From: Octopus vulgaris
Taxonomy: Eukaryota
DNA length: 64,000 nt
Assembly: GCA_951406725.2 (NCBI GenBank)
Contig: OX597815.1
Coordinates: 170,996,001 to 171,060,000 of the forward strand
Direction: 5' to 3'
The notes under the pieces were generated by a model. The model saw only the letters and a list, made by a program, of their open reading frames with translations. It searched no databases and had not been told where the DNA came from. Positions 39,338-54,177 of the stretch are shown here, one piece after another; the first letter of the stretch is position 1, and each line of letters begins with the position of its first letter. The translations under genes were made by a program, and so were the position numbers.

Positions 39338-39375
<38 letters not shown>

Positions 39376-39567
39376 CATATATATATACACACACACACAT
39401 CCACAGAAAATCTTTATATGCACAGAAACTGCCTGACTCGCACAAAATATCTCTTGGAAATGAATGTATTTTTATGATAGATATAATAATGAAAGTAGCG
39501 GAAATATTTCCTCACAATGATAAGGACCTGTATGTGCGGTTGTACGGTATAAAAGAATGCGCGCATT

Positions 39568-39783
39568 CTTTTATTCTTTTATTTGCTTCAATCGTTTGGC
39601 TGCGGCCATGCTGGAGCACCGCCTTTAATCGAGCAAATCGACCCCAGGACTTATTCTTTGTGAGCCTAGTACTTATTCTATCGGACATTCTTGTCGAACC
39701 GCTAAGTGACGGGAACGGAAACATACCACCACCGGTTGTCAAGTGATGTTAGGGGGGACACAGACACACAAACACACACACAC

Positions 39784-39817
<34 letters not shown>

Positions 39818-39961
39818 CGTGCTTCTTTCAGTTTCACTCTACCAAATCCACTCACAAGGCTTTGGTCGGCCCGAAGCTATAGTAGAAGATACTCGCTCAA
39901 AGTGCCACGCAGTGGGACTGAACCCGGAAACATGTGATTGGTAAGCAAGCTACTTACCACA
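39568..39961 (-). mobile_element. SINE family A (near full length)
   Basis: Reverse complement of 27330-27740. Confidence 0.92.
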
Positions 39962-40149
39962 TAAGATAGATAGCTAGATAAACAGATATACGACTGAATT
40001 TACACGATTACATTAATGAAAGGAAACGCTTACATATATACATTGCATTACTTAAACTATACAATACTTAATATGAATACTTTTATGTGCGTTTAGATAT
40101 TGTTGTGTGCCTTAGTCAGTTGGCTGAGCTTTCAAACCATGGGCAATCT

Positions 40150-41000
40150 CATTTCAATTTAGATTGTATGTTGGAATCTTGAACAATGTAGCACAAATAG
40201 CATCGGTTATTAAGAAGGTTTCATAAAACAAAAAACTCAGGAAACACTTATCAATCTTTTGGGGGGCAAGCGTGGGGAAGGGGGGTCTTTCAGTGATAAA
40301 GGAAGCCTCAGTGATAAATGAATCCTCACCACACACTTGTAAATGAAACGAACTGTAGATTCATTGACATACATATCGCAGCCCGCAGTAGTGAAGCATT
40401 TATCGTCATTTAACCATCTTTGCCTACTAGAAAATACTCTTCCCTGCATTGTTTGTTCGTATCGGGCACCTTTGATTTATTTGTTTTCTGTTCACAGGGT
40501 TCAAGTACGTAAATCTATATAAAAAGTACGCAGTCTCGCAACACATTAATGTAAGCACCAGCGATAATCAATGCATTCTGTGTAGTTGATCATAGTGGGT
40601 GGTCACTGCGGCACATTTTAGCAATAAAAGCAGTGTCTTCGACTGATAGCTGACAAGTTATCACAGATCAATCCATCATAAGCATAACATGGTTCACATT
40701 CGAACGAATTGTTATTTCCGGATCAGTGGTGAATGAACCAGTAATAAAAGAGGCTACATGTACTTGTTTTTAAGAAATAACCTGGATAGCCATTGTTGGA
40801 ATGCTTTTGGTTGTGGTGACGCACCATCAGTGTTTTCCATAGGATGAGCAACCGCAATAACTATATTATTTTTTCGAATATGGTGTAGTGAAAGACCAAA
40901 CCCTAGCCGAGCAGGATTTGATCAACTTCGCATACTCCTGTCTATAAGCCTTTCAACAGCTCTTAATGTTTTAAAGCTGATTTGTCTGCATTACCTTACA
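40150..41000 (-). pseudogene. Possible pogo/Tigger-like DNA transposase relic
   Basis: Minus-strand fragments EYAKLIK, ARLGFGLSLHHIRK..QWLSRLFLK (CENP-B HTH-like) and IKGAR...SSRQRWLN (DDE_1 GW-like region); many disruptions. Confidence 0.35.
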
Positions 41001-42682
41001 AAGGGATTATGACCAATAATCACCACCATTTATGACACAACATTTTTCTTTTTCATGACCACTACTAAAACTATGACCCTATAATGATCAACTTAATACT
41101 ATATTTAAAACCATTATTGGATTATAATCTTTAGCATAAACATTACATTCCTTACGCCTTAAGTAACCTACATAACCACAATATCTAATGCAGTTATTCA
41201 TCACTGCAGCACAAACTATGTCTACCAACTACAAAACTACCATAATCTACAACTAATTCAATCACCATCACAAATATTAATAATGATTTTGTAATTTGCT
41301 TGCACTTTTGACAAAACTATTGTGTTCGATACAAGAGGACAATCATGTGTTTTCTACATTAAACATTACCATTTTAGCTTCTTTTGTAACATTAGCGATA
41401 TTGATCATTTCAGTGATTTTTAGTTAGACTTCGCTAGAACCTTAAGAACACTTATCTGAAGTTATGATTTTCTTTTACCATATGATTATACTTTATATAG
41501 GATTTCATTCGATAAATGGCATTTGGCCAACTTGCCACCTACTTTACATTTATCTACAGTCTTTGTTCTCTTATTGGAATATTTCAGTTCAATGATGTAA
41601 ACCTAGAGTAGCTTAAAGAGAAAGAAAAAAACATTTCTGTTTTTCTTTCTTGGTTTATAATTTCCTTATTCATTTTCAGTGCAGTTCTCCTCCATCTTAG
41701 TCAGAATATGAAAATGAGGAGATAGAACACACATGCACTCCAAAACGAAATCAACCAGCATTTGATTTCTCATGCCAAAAGTCTTAATCCGTTGTAGTAG
41801 AGAACTGATAACTTGTAAACGAGACGATAAATTCAAGCAATGATTTAGATAGGAGGCCAACCTATCATATGTAATATTACTAGAAGATAGCGTTCCTATT
41901 CTCAACTGCTGAGTAGAATCACGCACAGAAAATTAATTATCCCACCGAGAGACAAAATAAAACCACTTCAGCGAAATTTAACTCAAATTTCAATAACTTA
42001 TCTACTTTAGTCATTTCGTCTTCGCTATGCGGGGACAGTTAATTTTCTTCCAGTCAAGAAGTAAATACCAATTTTAGAGTTAATATTTAGACTCTGTGGG
42101 TGTTCAATTTGTAAAACATTTCCTACCGTATTAAATTATACTATATGTAATCCAACTGTTATATATTTAGTCGTTCTAAAATTAAGTTCACCATGCGGTT
42201 TCAGAAGATCGGGTTAAGTATTGAAGTATCAGGTTTTGTTAGTATTTAATAATTCATCAGCATTCATCCACCTCTCCTTCCCAAGCTGTTAACACCGGAA
42301 GGTTACTTATTAAAATGTAAATAATAAAGAATAAGCATTTCAATCTTAAAGTTAAAGGATGTTAGTATTTGAACATATGGATATTGGTAAATATACAAGA
42401 AACATAAATAGGAGAAAATCAGACGGTTTTCGGTCTAATACAACATGCATTTAAGCGTTGTTAACTATGGACTTGCGAGAAATTCTTGTCAAATATAACA
42501 TCACCTGAAGTGTGGTTGGCCAATATACTGTTAAGATAAATATAAAATGGTCCCGATGCGATATTATAATTCCTACTTTCCACCAGAAACTCTTGTAATC
42601 ATATGCAGACACAGTATTGTACATAATCCCATGTACACATATGTATGCGTATATACAGAGATCGAAGAATTGAACTACATGT

Positions 42683-42734
<52 letters not shown>

Positions 42735-42762
42735 TACACACACACTTATATATATATATATA

Positions 42763-42806
<44 letters not shown>

Positions 42807-43084
42807 TATGGATGAATGAATTATCCTTTGCTTGCCGTTAAAATGGAAAATTCAATAAACAGTTACCAGGGTAGCAAAATTCATGCAAGTAACAAGGATG
42901 TAGCGACCTATTCAAAGGTAGAAACTCCGGGTTAATGTTCAACTACATTTATTTACTTATACATACATACATATATATATATTACATACATACACACACG
43001 CATATATACACGCTCGCACAGACAAATGTACAGAAGCATACATACACCTGAATGTATATGTGTTGTATTTGTGTGTCTGTATAA

Positions 43085-43336
43085 TCGGGTTGTGTGTTGT
43101 GCTCTTGAGCAAGACACTTTATTTCATGTTCCATTTCACTCAGTTGTAGAAATGAGATGCGACGTCAATGGTGCCAAGCTTTATCGGCTTTTGCCTTTCC
43201 CATGGATAACATCAGTGGCGAGGAGAAGGGTAGCTGGTATGCATGGGTGACTGCTGGTCTTCTATAAACAACCTTGCCCGGACTTGTGCCTCGGAGGGAA
43301 ACTTTCTAAGTACAATTCCATGGTCATTCATGACCG
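43085..43336 (+). mobile_element. SINE family C, 5'-truncated
   Basis: CTTGAGCAAGACACTTTA...CCATGGTCATTCATGACCG. Confidence 0.88.
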
Positions 43337-44169
43337 TGTGTGTGCGCGTGCGATGGTGTTTATGGGCGCGTACATGTGTGTGAGAGAGGGTTTTTTGTGC
43401 ATCTGTGTGCGTACGTGGTGCGTGTCTATGTGTGGACGTATTTGTGAGAGTGTGAGCAGGTTCGGTAAACCACTCTTACACTCTTAGCAGTGATGTTTAT
43501 AAGTCAGTTTTCAACATTCACAAAATGTTTTGTAAACACATTGTAAAGGAAAACATAAAAATATTACACTGTTTTCCCGAAGTGTATTGTTTGTTGAAGA
43601 CATTTAGTCTCATGAAACTCCACCACGTGTTTAGCTTATCTAAACTATTTTATCGAGGAATCCTCACAGATTATGCTTTGCTAGAGATCAAATCAACGGC
43701 TTGTTCTTTTTCAGTACTTCTCAACACTGACAAAAGTTATATAAACAGGAAGAGCATTATTCAGATCACCTATCATAGCTCGGATATCTATTTTAAAAGG
43801 TTACTTTCATATTTGTTTTTAAAGAAAAGATTCATATAAATATTTTTATCTCTACCTTACTCCCACTTTCTCAACTTTCATACATCGCGGAGAAAAGATA
43901 ACATTTTAAAACCCACTAAGATGATTAAACTTTGTAACTGAGTTCTTTTAAGTATGTGATACAAATTACACCCACCAAGTAAATTTCATCCAATTGATAT
44001 TTCAATAATGCACTCGGATTAACTATTCAGATGTATGTGCGTTGGGCTTTACGTGAGAAATGAAAATTCCCAATTCCAGCAACTAAATATGAACTGTATG
44101 GTTAAATATTAATGCATTTTTTCCCCTGTAACTTTGGCGTGTCCTTCACGGTACCTTTTTACATTACGA

Positions 44170-44353
44170 CGAATGATTAAAAAGCTCGCTTTATAACGAC
44201 GTCGTTTCTGGTGCAGTCCCACTGTGTGGCAGCTTAGGCAAGTGCCTTCTAGTATAACCCCGGACAGACCAGTGCATTGTAAGTGAATTTACTAGACGGA
44301 AACTGAGTGGAAGTCCGCCGTATTTTTATACACACACACACACATACACACTA

Positions 44354-44399
<46 letters not shown>

Positions 44400-44655
44400 A
44401 CAAACACACACACACGCGTATATGTATAATTCTGTGTGTATTTGTGTCTCTGTGTGTGTTGATTTCCCCACGTTTGACAACCGGTATTGGTTTGTTTATA
44501 TCCCTGTAACTGAGCGATTCGGCAGAAGAAACCAAACAGAATAAGTATCAAGTTTTAAAGCAAAAGTTAGTACAGTAGTCGATATATTCGACTAAAGGCC
44601 TTCAAGGCGTTGCTCCAGCATTGCTGGAGTCTAATGACTAAGATAAGTAAAAACT
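44170..44655 (+). mobile_element. SINE family A, diverged
   Basis: CAGTCCCACTG..GGCAAGTG head, central (CA)n, CGACTAAAGG..GCTCCAGCAT tail. Confidence 0.82.
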
Positions 44656-47600
44656 AAACGGTAAATGGTATACCTCATAGCCTTGAGCAGCAGGCAAAAC
44701 CATATTAAATAGATTGTTTACACTAATGGGTTGTTTACATTCAACGTTAAACTGTCAACAAACCCTTCTTGTTTTGTTGATGTCTTTATCATACCTTAGT
44801 TGTTTAATACCAGCGAATACATTTCGTAATCACTTACTTCGTTTTAAACCCCTACTATACGCAGTAGCAAAGTCAGTATACAGCAATACTTATCAGCATC
44901 CTCACCATTACAACAATCTATGTGCCGATCCACAAGCTTAAAACAAGCTGCTGTTATTGTGTCAATATTTCCGCTTGTCGTCATAGAGAATCAGTGAAAA
45001 GTAGGTTGTTGATCTTTTCTCTCTCGATGTTTCTCTATTGCATGAGCGTCAGTACATGAATGAATACCGTTCATTCGGCACTTCTTGGGAGTGTTTAAAA
45101 CATTTGAAATAAACTACAAGCAGCAACAATGTCAACAACCTCAAGGTAACATTTCTCTCCAAAACATGAGTGATCAGAAATAATTATCAGTTTCAATCGA
45201 TTATGTGTTAATCTTCGACATACTCTCACACACACACGCACACAAATGCGTGTACGCGCACCAACGTATAGTATAGATACACCAGACGAAAAATGTTAGC
45301 GGCGTCTGCTTATTGATGTGCATTTACTTTACACATACATCGCTATACACTAGTGGGGCCGGTATAAATTCCACAGTTTATAAAATTGCTTAATTTTATT
45401 CTGATGCATAAATTTACATATTTTCATAACATGATTTCATTAGGTCACATATTTTTTTGCGATAATGAATTAAACCACTGAAGCTGTTAAAAATCTAAAA
45501 TTGAAATGACTTGTAGCGTTAAAAACAATAAAATAAATATTAAGTACTACTCAGCAGACATTTGAAGACTATTGTGTTTAGCACAGGAGCTCGCCATATA
45601 TAATATTTAATTGAAAACTCCACTGTACACAAAGCTTTCATTACAGCCTTTCTTCATTGTTTTCATGAATTATTTGACTGCAAAACTCCAATATCCGAGG
45701 GTTTGGGGACTCGCAAAAAGGGGATATATATTTATGCGGCCTTCACTCCTAGAACACTAAGAAATCTTAACTTCATGAATTTATATTTTAGAACTAAATG
45801 AAGTTAGTACAAAAATATTTTGGATATTTTTCCTGAAATTATCAGCTTCTTCATCATGGACATCAAAGAGAACGAAGTCACAATTTACCGATGAAACCAG
45901 AATTAGAAACCTGTTTCTTAATCTCAAACTTTCACAACATGAACAAAATTTCAACATTTCTCCAACATTAGACACTCTTCTGAGCCCACCAAGTCATCTC
46001 TGATGTGGTCTTCGAACGTTTCTCAAATAGAGCTAGTGTTCTACGTTCGTGTTTATTCGATATAGTTCATGAAGTTCTTTCTGATATTCCGTAAATTTCT
46101 ACCCATACCCTCTTTCTCTCTCTCTCTCTTGAGATACGGTGTCTTATGCGCTTTTAAACTTGGTGGTAACCATATCTATCCAGATCTGACCACAGTCAGT
46201 TTTCTCCAAGAGAGAGAGAAAGATAGATAAAAAGACGAAAGAAAGACTAAGAGAAAAGAATCGATCTCAATACAGGATTAGTGTTGTATTTATCGACCAC
46301 TAATAGGTGACTGGTATATTTGACATCCGAGGGATTAGAATTCAGTGCGAAGAATGCGGGAACGATTATTGCACAAACCAATCTAATCGATTCTATAATG
46401 ATTTTGCCAATTCGCTTCTTAAACGAGTTCGTGCGCGTGCGTATGTATGTATGTGTGTGTGTGTGTGTGTATACGCGCGTGTGTATGTGTGTGTGAACGA
46501 ACATTTTTTTACATGGTTTCTGTCTACAAAGTTTTAAATTGTATTAATTTTTTATTAATCTGAAGCTATAATAAATCGAACTTGAAACTGCGTAGCTATG
46601 AACTAAATTCTTAATCACAGTTGTGCCTGAACTTAGTTGTCTATTAACCTCACTTTCTTTTTTTTTTCTTCTTCTAAATCTGCCATTATCGGTACAGCTT
46701 TTACATTCCTACTACATTCATCAGTAATTTCTCGTGTTTCGATTGTTTTATTTTATTATATTTACTTGACTCATATGTTCCGGTCTGTAGAACATGGCAT
46801 ATCAATAATTGTTATATTATCAATTATCATATCAATAATAATATAACCAACAATTAGCAACAAATCCACAATTAGGTTTTAGCAGTCCACTATGGGTGCA
46901 TTTTTAATTTCAAGCACTTTTCTCAACCGTTCTACGAATATTGATGGACCGGAGATGGTTAAATTTTGTGGCTGCCAAGATGGACTACTGCAATAGAAAT
47001 GGAGTACAAGAGGTTGGAACGTCGGCAGGGGCAATTGATATACTATTAAATTTATAGATATGCGCTAGACTTGTGTGCCTCACTTTTGATAGACGCCTAT
47101 AGCAACAGCTAGTAGACTAGAAACATTCCTAGTTGTCTGAACCGAGAAGAAGTGGTGCTATTAGAAAACATGTAAACAAAACTGGCATCATTATAGTTCC
47201 CGGTTCTTAAATCTACTAAACGCATAGTCTAGGATTTTGACCCAACGTGCTCTTTTTTATCGACCTTAGTGTTATTGGCAGCATGAAAATTTCTGGGTAA
47301 TTGCGGATACGTTTATTTAGATTGTAGAGAGGGTTTGTAACAAACCCGGCTTTCGTGGTCTCTGAGTTACTTGGGTTAATCCAAAGCTTTCTATAGGGTC
47401 GGCTTTTCCTATTGCAGCCGATTTCGTTTCCATTTTCATCAGTGTTGATCATTTTTATAAAGCAGAACCTGCTTGCTGGTCAGAATATGTGGCTACCTAT
47501 CGGAAACATTTTAAGGCAAATTCACGATTCATCAAGGGCGACGTCTTCTGTCACTTCTATTCTGGCTCATGAACACTAGACGTGCTTAGCAGAAGAGCTA

Positions 47601-47734
47601 AGTCAGTATCATGATGATACGGTAGAAATCGATGAATATGGTGTGGTAACGGGAGCATGCGTAATCTGAAAATCGACTGAACTTTTACATTATTTACATT
47701 TGACGGATATTTGTCCTCATCTTGTTTGTTGTTA

Positions 47735-47779
47735 GCACAACGTTTCGGCTGATATACCCTCTAGCTTTCGTTAGGTGTC
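47735..47779 (-). ncRNA. Mutated hammerhead (inverted arm)
   Basis: GACAC-CUAACGA-A-AGCUA...CAGCC-GAAA-CGUU-GUGC; G5 lost and stem II broken. Confidence 0.7.
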
Positions 47780-47837
47780 TTGGGGAAATTTCGAACCTAG
47801 GTTCTCATTCCTAAGGTATTTTTCGATCTTATTATTA

Positions 47838-47885
<48 letters not shown>

Positions 47886-47927
47886 TCAGTGTCTGGAATC
47901 GATTCCAGGCAGTGACTTGAATAATAA

Positions 47928-48003
<76 letters not shown>

Positions 48004-48109
48004 AAGAAGAAGAAGAAGAAAAAATAATAATAATAATAATAATAATAACAACAACAACAACATCGAAAAATACCTTAGGAATGAGAACCCAGGTTCGACA
48101 TTTCCCCAA

Positions 48110-48155
48110 GACACCTGATGAAGGCTGGAATGTATATCAGCCGAAACGTTGTGTT
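48110..48155 (+). ncRNA. Minimal type I hammerhead ribozyme, intact
   Basis: GACAC-CUGAUGA-A-GGCUG-(10 nt)-CAGCC-GAAA-CGUU-GUGUU; palindromic AACGUU; predicted cleavage after 48150. Confidence 0.88.
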
Positions 48156-48964
48156 AACAACAAACAAGATGAGGACAACCGTCAAATGTAAATAATGTGC
48201 ATAATCCCTCATCTCTTAAATATAGAACTGTATGACTGAACTTTTACTGAGTGCAATTGCAAGCAAGTCTCTGCCGGCCAGCGTTATAGGTCACTGTACT
48301 AAGAGTCCTGTAACTTTGCCGGATATCTACAAGAGTAGGAACCGGAACGAGTTGCAAGCCGAGTAAGCAGTCACACTCAGAACTGCGATGAATCTATTCC
48401 CAAAGAATTGTCGAAAGCATGTATGACATCCATTATTTATAACTACCAAATCATCACTTGTGGTCTCAATTTTTATGTGATCATATTGGAGTAACTTTTC
48501 ATTGGTATCTTATGAAAACGGAGCATTCCAACGATTAGACGGTCTTTTGTAACCAACATTCAATGCACAGGGTGATAGTATGCAGTAGTTGATTGATTTT
48601 CGGGTGTGCAACGAACCTGTGACATCTGAAGATAGCCGGATCTAGAGATGTTCCTTTATAATGCCACTATTTTTTCTTAACATATAATTTTTATTCTGCT
48701 GGTCATATTAGCTATCTGGATGTTATGCTTTTATTAATCTTAACTCTGGAACAAAATAGAAGAGACAGATGAAATCTGTAACATAATAAAACTTAATATA
48801 GTTATAATTTCAGGTGTTAGGCTTTAAACAGTAAAAATTAATAAACCAATATTATGAAGACCTATAATTTTATGGATCAAAATAGAAACAAGAACGTTTA
48901 TAAAACACGGAATTTCCACAGTCCTGCTAATTGTTTGATCAGTTTATTATTACACAGAAGTTTA

Positions 48965-49160
48965 AGGCAGTGAGCAAGCCTGGCAAAATCCTTAGCGGCA
49001 TTTCGTCCGTCTCTATGTTCTGAGTTCAAATTCCGCTGAGGTCGACTTTGTTTTCATCGTTTCGGTGTCGATAAAGTAAGTACCAATTAAACACTGGGTA
49101 GGATGTGACTGACTTATCTCACACCCGAACTTGCTGGCCTTGTGCTACAGTTTGAAATCA
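48965..49160 (+). mobile_element. SINE family B
   Basis: GAGTTCAAATTCCGCTGAGGTCGACTTTG core. Confidence 0.82.
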
Positions 49161-51619
49161 TTATTACATAGAGATTACTATCAGCCAGTTAACAAATTCG
49201 CATGCCTTCTCTTGAAGTAATATCAACTCCATCAGCAGTAGTGCTTTGCAAGGAAGGGGACGAGAACTAGTTTGATTAGTAACTGTTCTTTTACCCTTGT
49301 TCATAACATGCATTTGTGGTTGGCAACAATATTTTTGTGAAATACGATAACGAATGTAATCACATGCCTATATATCGATATATCGAATCATTGATATTAT
49401 TTTAATGGTTTGATAGAATATTGATTTTTGACAGAGGCACCAGGCCAAAAGTTTTATGGAAGAATTTAATCGATCAAATCAATGTCCCATAGCTTTTATT
49501 TTTCCAATTCTGAAAGCGTGAACGGTGACATCGACAACGATGAGATCTGAACTCAGAGACGTAATTGAATATCTTAAAACATTTTGTTCTTTTCCAAACT
49601 GATATTGCCAACCCACTACCCCTTATCACTTCTAGTTTTCCTTTCATTGTGTCTATATGTTACTTTATAAGTTCTACGAGAAATCAATGTAAAATGAGTT
49701 TAATATCAGCTATTGTCGGGGAAATTAAATAGTGAATACTAAAATAGGCTTATGATGATAACAGGATATACAAATACGAAGGCCATTCAATTACTGTAAT
49801 ATAAGGAAATATCGTAATTTTTGAACTGGATAAGTAGTTTTGTGTCTTATATAGCGGCCTCTTATAACGTCAAATATTTATACTTATAACCAATACATTA
49901 GATTTCAAGTTACTAAAATGCTGATAAATGGCGTAAAAATCCCAAATTATTTTTATAAGCTGCAGTAGTGTTGTTTTATTTATGAATATTCAGTTATGCC
50001 GTGCTAAAATGAAATTTTCCAACAGACTATAAATTAGGATCCCCAATTTTTAAAGTAAGTTTTACAGTTAATACGGTCCCTTAGTTTTGATTTCGGGCTC
50101 ATGTGATATTTGGTATGCAACATTACATTTTACGCCAAATTTCTTATATGATGCAGTCATTCGCCATTTAGTGGAAATACTATTCGAACGCGAGTGATTT
50201 CGTGATGTTTACAGTAATGAATAGCGTCGAGACAGATGTTACTGCATTACTAACAACGATGCATAAAACACAAGTCTAAAGAAGGTACGGAAAATTAAAA
50301 GTCATAGTATATTCAGAAGGGATAGTGATAGATAGGAATATATGAGAAAGAGTTTACATCAAATATTTAGAAAACTTCTGTTTGAAAAAGAAAAAAATAG
50401 CGTCTACCTAACATTGTGCCATTGATTTGGAAATCTCAATTATATACTTGGCGCCTTTCAAGAAGAGAATAGAAATAGAGAAATATGGCTTCAATGGAAA
50501 AAAAAATCCATACATTAAAAAAAAAATGGAAAGATTATCATTAGATTAACAATCATTCTGCTGTTTTGGAAGTAACTAGCGCACAGCTGTATGATATATG
50601 CATACAATTTATGAGAATCGTCAAAGCAAGAAGATATATACAGCTATACATCTATTCATTTCGTCTCTCTATATATTTTTATTTCTTTTCGAAAATATCG
50701 ATTCATAGTAAGTTTGGGAATATTGATATAAATATTGAAAAATGTTGTAAATACATAAAAGTTAAAACATAAATGGCCCGAACGAAAATTTTAGCGCAGA
50801 TGAAGAGGTATTGAAATGTTGGTTTAGAGGCGTTGTACTGAAAATTCACGTAATATTCTGAAAGAACCGCAATACAAAAGAAACAAACACAATTGAATGG
50901 ATTTAAAATAATAAAAAAAAAAGGAAAATACAACTCAAGGAGATATTGATGATCTGCATCATCACATTAGTAAATTATAACTTTTGCAAGACGTTAACAT
51001 GCTCTATAACAGCCGAAAATATAACGAGCGGGGAAAACATACTATCTACTATCTAGCATGTGATATTGCAGTAAAGCAAGACCAATAGAATTGCAATTTA
51101 ATCAAATCGAACGATTGATTTGTGAAAAAAAAATTAAGTATGGTGTATTTCCCTCATTATTTATGGTGCTAAATTGCTGAACGCTCTAAAAAAAAGTCCA
51201 AACGATGCTATTCTACTATGATGTGTATTCCACATGTCTTTTTTAATACTTTCATATACCAATCAGATAATTATTTAATTTGTAGTATCAGAAATAATTG
51301 TTACCACTATTATAATTATAGCTGCTGCTACTGCTACGACAACAATTAATTACAATGGCAGCTAGCATAGGAACACTACCACAGATTTCGTGCGCGGGTG
51401 CAGCCGTACTTGACAGGTATTTTATTTTAGCGCTGTCAGAGGAATTAAAATGAACTCTGTGAGATTTGAACTCAGAATGACAAAATAAAGAAGACTAAAT
51501 AAATAACGCAAGGCACCCTATCCAGTTCCCTACCGATTCTAGCATTTATCGCCGTTGTCTATGTTATTATTTTCAATTTCAACATCATCATCATTGTTGT
51601 TATTGTTGTTGTTATTATT

Positions 51620-51925
51620 CCTCTTTATCACAGGTTTTGTTGGAGCCCCCGGAGTCTTGCATGCGTAGCGGGATTGCTACCTGCAGCCATGCTATCCGTT
51701 CTTTTCAGCTATCTTAATACTTTCCTGATTATTCTGGCCGTGCCAAGAAGGCAAACCTTTTGTAACTGTTCTACTGGTCACTCTATTCCAATTTCCTTTA
51801 TATTCCCCTTCATGCCTTCTGATACTGTTCCCGAGCACGCAACAATAATTGACATTATCTTCACCGTTATTTTCCATAGCCGGGCTATTTCATACTTAAG
51901 AGGGTTGTATTTATCTATCTTAAAT
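51620..51925 (-). mobile_element. R4/Dong-type LINE 3' end
   Basis: Minus strand KIDKYNPLKYEIARLWKITVKIMSIIVACSGTV...LQKVCLLGTARIIRKVLR*, a typical R4-clade C-terminus; short 3' UTR runs into degenerate (TAA/CAA)n. Confidence 0.85.
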
Positions 51926-52694
51926 ATATTTTTCGTAGTATAAAGTTACCTTTTTCTGTCGACTTTGCCTTCAACCTAACACGATTGATATAATAGGTGC
52001 TAAACATGTTAAGCGTTCTGTCTAATTGACAATATGTCACCCACTAGAATGCTGTCTGAATACCAACATGAAGAATCATTAATTAAAACAATGTGAGGAA
52101 CCTAGATTCATTGTTTTTATTCAAAATATAAAGCCAATAATCTCTAATATGAATTCCTCAGTTCGAAATACAAAAAAAAATAATAATAATAGCAAATGAT
52201 AGTTTGTAACTGCTGAAACAGCTCCCTTATCAGAATCAAATGTGCATTTGATTTATTAGCTGCAGCAGAGGAATCGATCTAGGGTTGTTTTCGTTACACA
52301 CCCGGACAATTTTAAGTTACCACTGAGTTCTAGAACTCTTTTGAAGTACAAATCAATGATCGTCTATAACCATAATGCTTTATATTGCGTCAGACCTTTC
52401 ATAATTCCGTGCCATCAAGACAAAGTCAGAAGAATAGAAATCAACTTCTCTGTGAGCCAACTCAATAAAGCCATATCATTTTTGAAAAAAAAAAAGTTGT
52501 ATTCTAGCTAGATCATTATTTCTATCAGACGTGATGCGCACAATATTTCATTTCCTTTTACAGCATCAAATGCTTCTCTAATATGAATAATTAATAATAT
52601 CATAGAAGATTACAGAAACAATTTTCAGAAATTATTTTCCTTATTTTTCAAGCAAAAATCGATTGAGCACTTCAGTTTGGTTCTTTACAGACAA

Positions 52695-52720
52695 TTATTA
52701 TCGTTATCATTATCATTACA

Positions 52721-52762
<42 letters not shown>

Positions 52763-52837
52763 GTTATTATTATTATCTTTAGTATCATCAACATCATCAT
52801 CATCAGTAGTAGTAGTTGTAGTAGTAGCAGCAGTAGC

Positions 52838-52885
<48 letters not shown>
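52695..52885. repeat. Compound (TTA)(TCA)(GTA)n repeat
   Basis: Direct inspection. Confidence 0.95.
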
Positions 52886-52886
<1 letters not shown>

Positions 52887-53199
52887 TACTGTAGACATGC
52901 GTACAGCATAATGTTTATGACGTTTCAAAGATCTTAAACTTAATACCAATATTAGGCTTGAAGGCAATAACGTGATTATATTGAATGGAAATGCGCTTAT
53001 AATATTTCAGTTGAACTGATTTACCGATAGATAGAAATATATGTGAAATGGGTGCTAAATATATCTTTTCTAAAAGATGTTCAGCTCTGGACAGAAGGAA
53101 ATAATTATTTGTTGTTTAGTTTTAACTTACTTTATAGGATTCCATTTAATTGATATATGTCTATACACACACATGCGCGCGCATGCACACGCATACACA

Positions 53200-54115
<916 letters not shown>

Positions 54116-54177
54116 AAAAAAAAAAAAAAAACACATACATACATACATACATACATACATACATACATGCATACATG

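Larger units (their letters stand above)
47689..48233 (+). mobile_element. Complete palindromic non-autonomous PLE-type element with hammerheads, 35-nt tail and 14-bp TSD
   Basis: 47687-47900 mirrors 47901-48198 (axis GGAATC|GATTCC); unpaired tail 48199-48233; TSD GACTGAACTTTTAC at 47675-47688 and 48234-48247. Confidence 0.9.
47400..48600 (+). pseudogene. Possible Merlin (IS1016/IS1595-like) transposase relic, interrupted by the palindromic element
   Basis: DTVEIDE at about 47616-47636 and RTAMNLFPKNCRKHV at about 48379-48423 match the VEIDE and dR.a.tL.piI..hV motifs in the expected order once the insert is removed. Confidence 0.4.

Noticed and set aside
41740-41900. Minus-strand LLQRIKTFGM..VDF resembling CR1/L2 RT
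   Set aside because: Only one loose motif; insufficient support.
45781-45975. 64-aa minus-strand ORF in unique DNA
   Set aside because: No recognisable motif or convincing splice sites.
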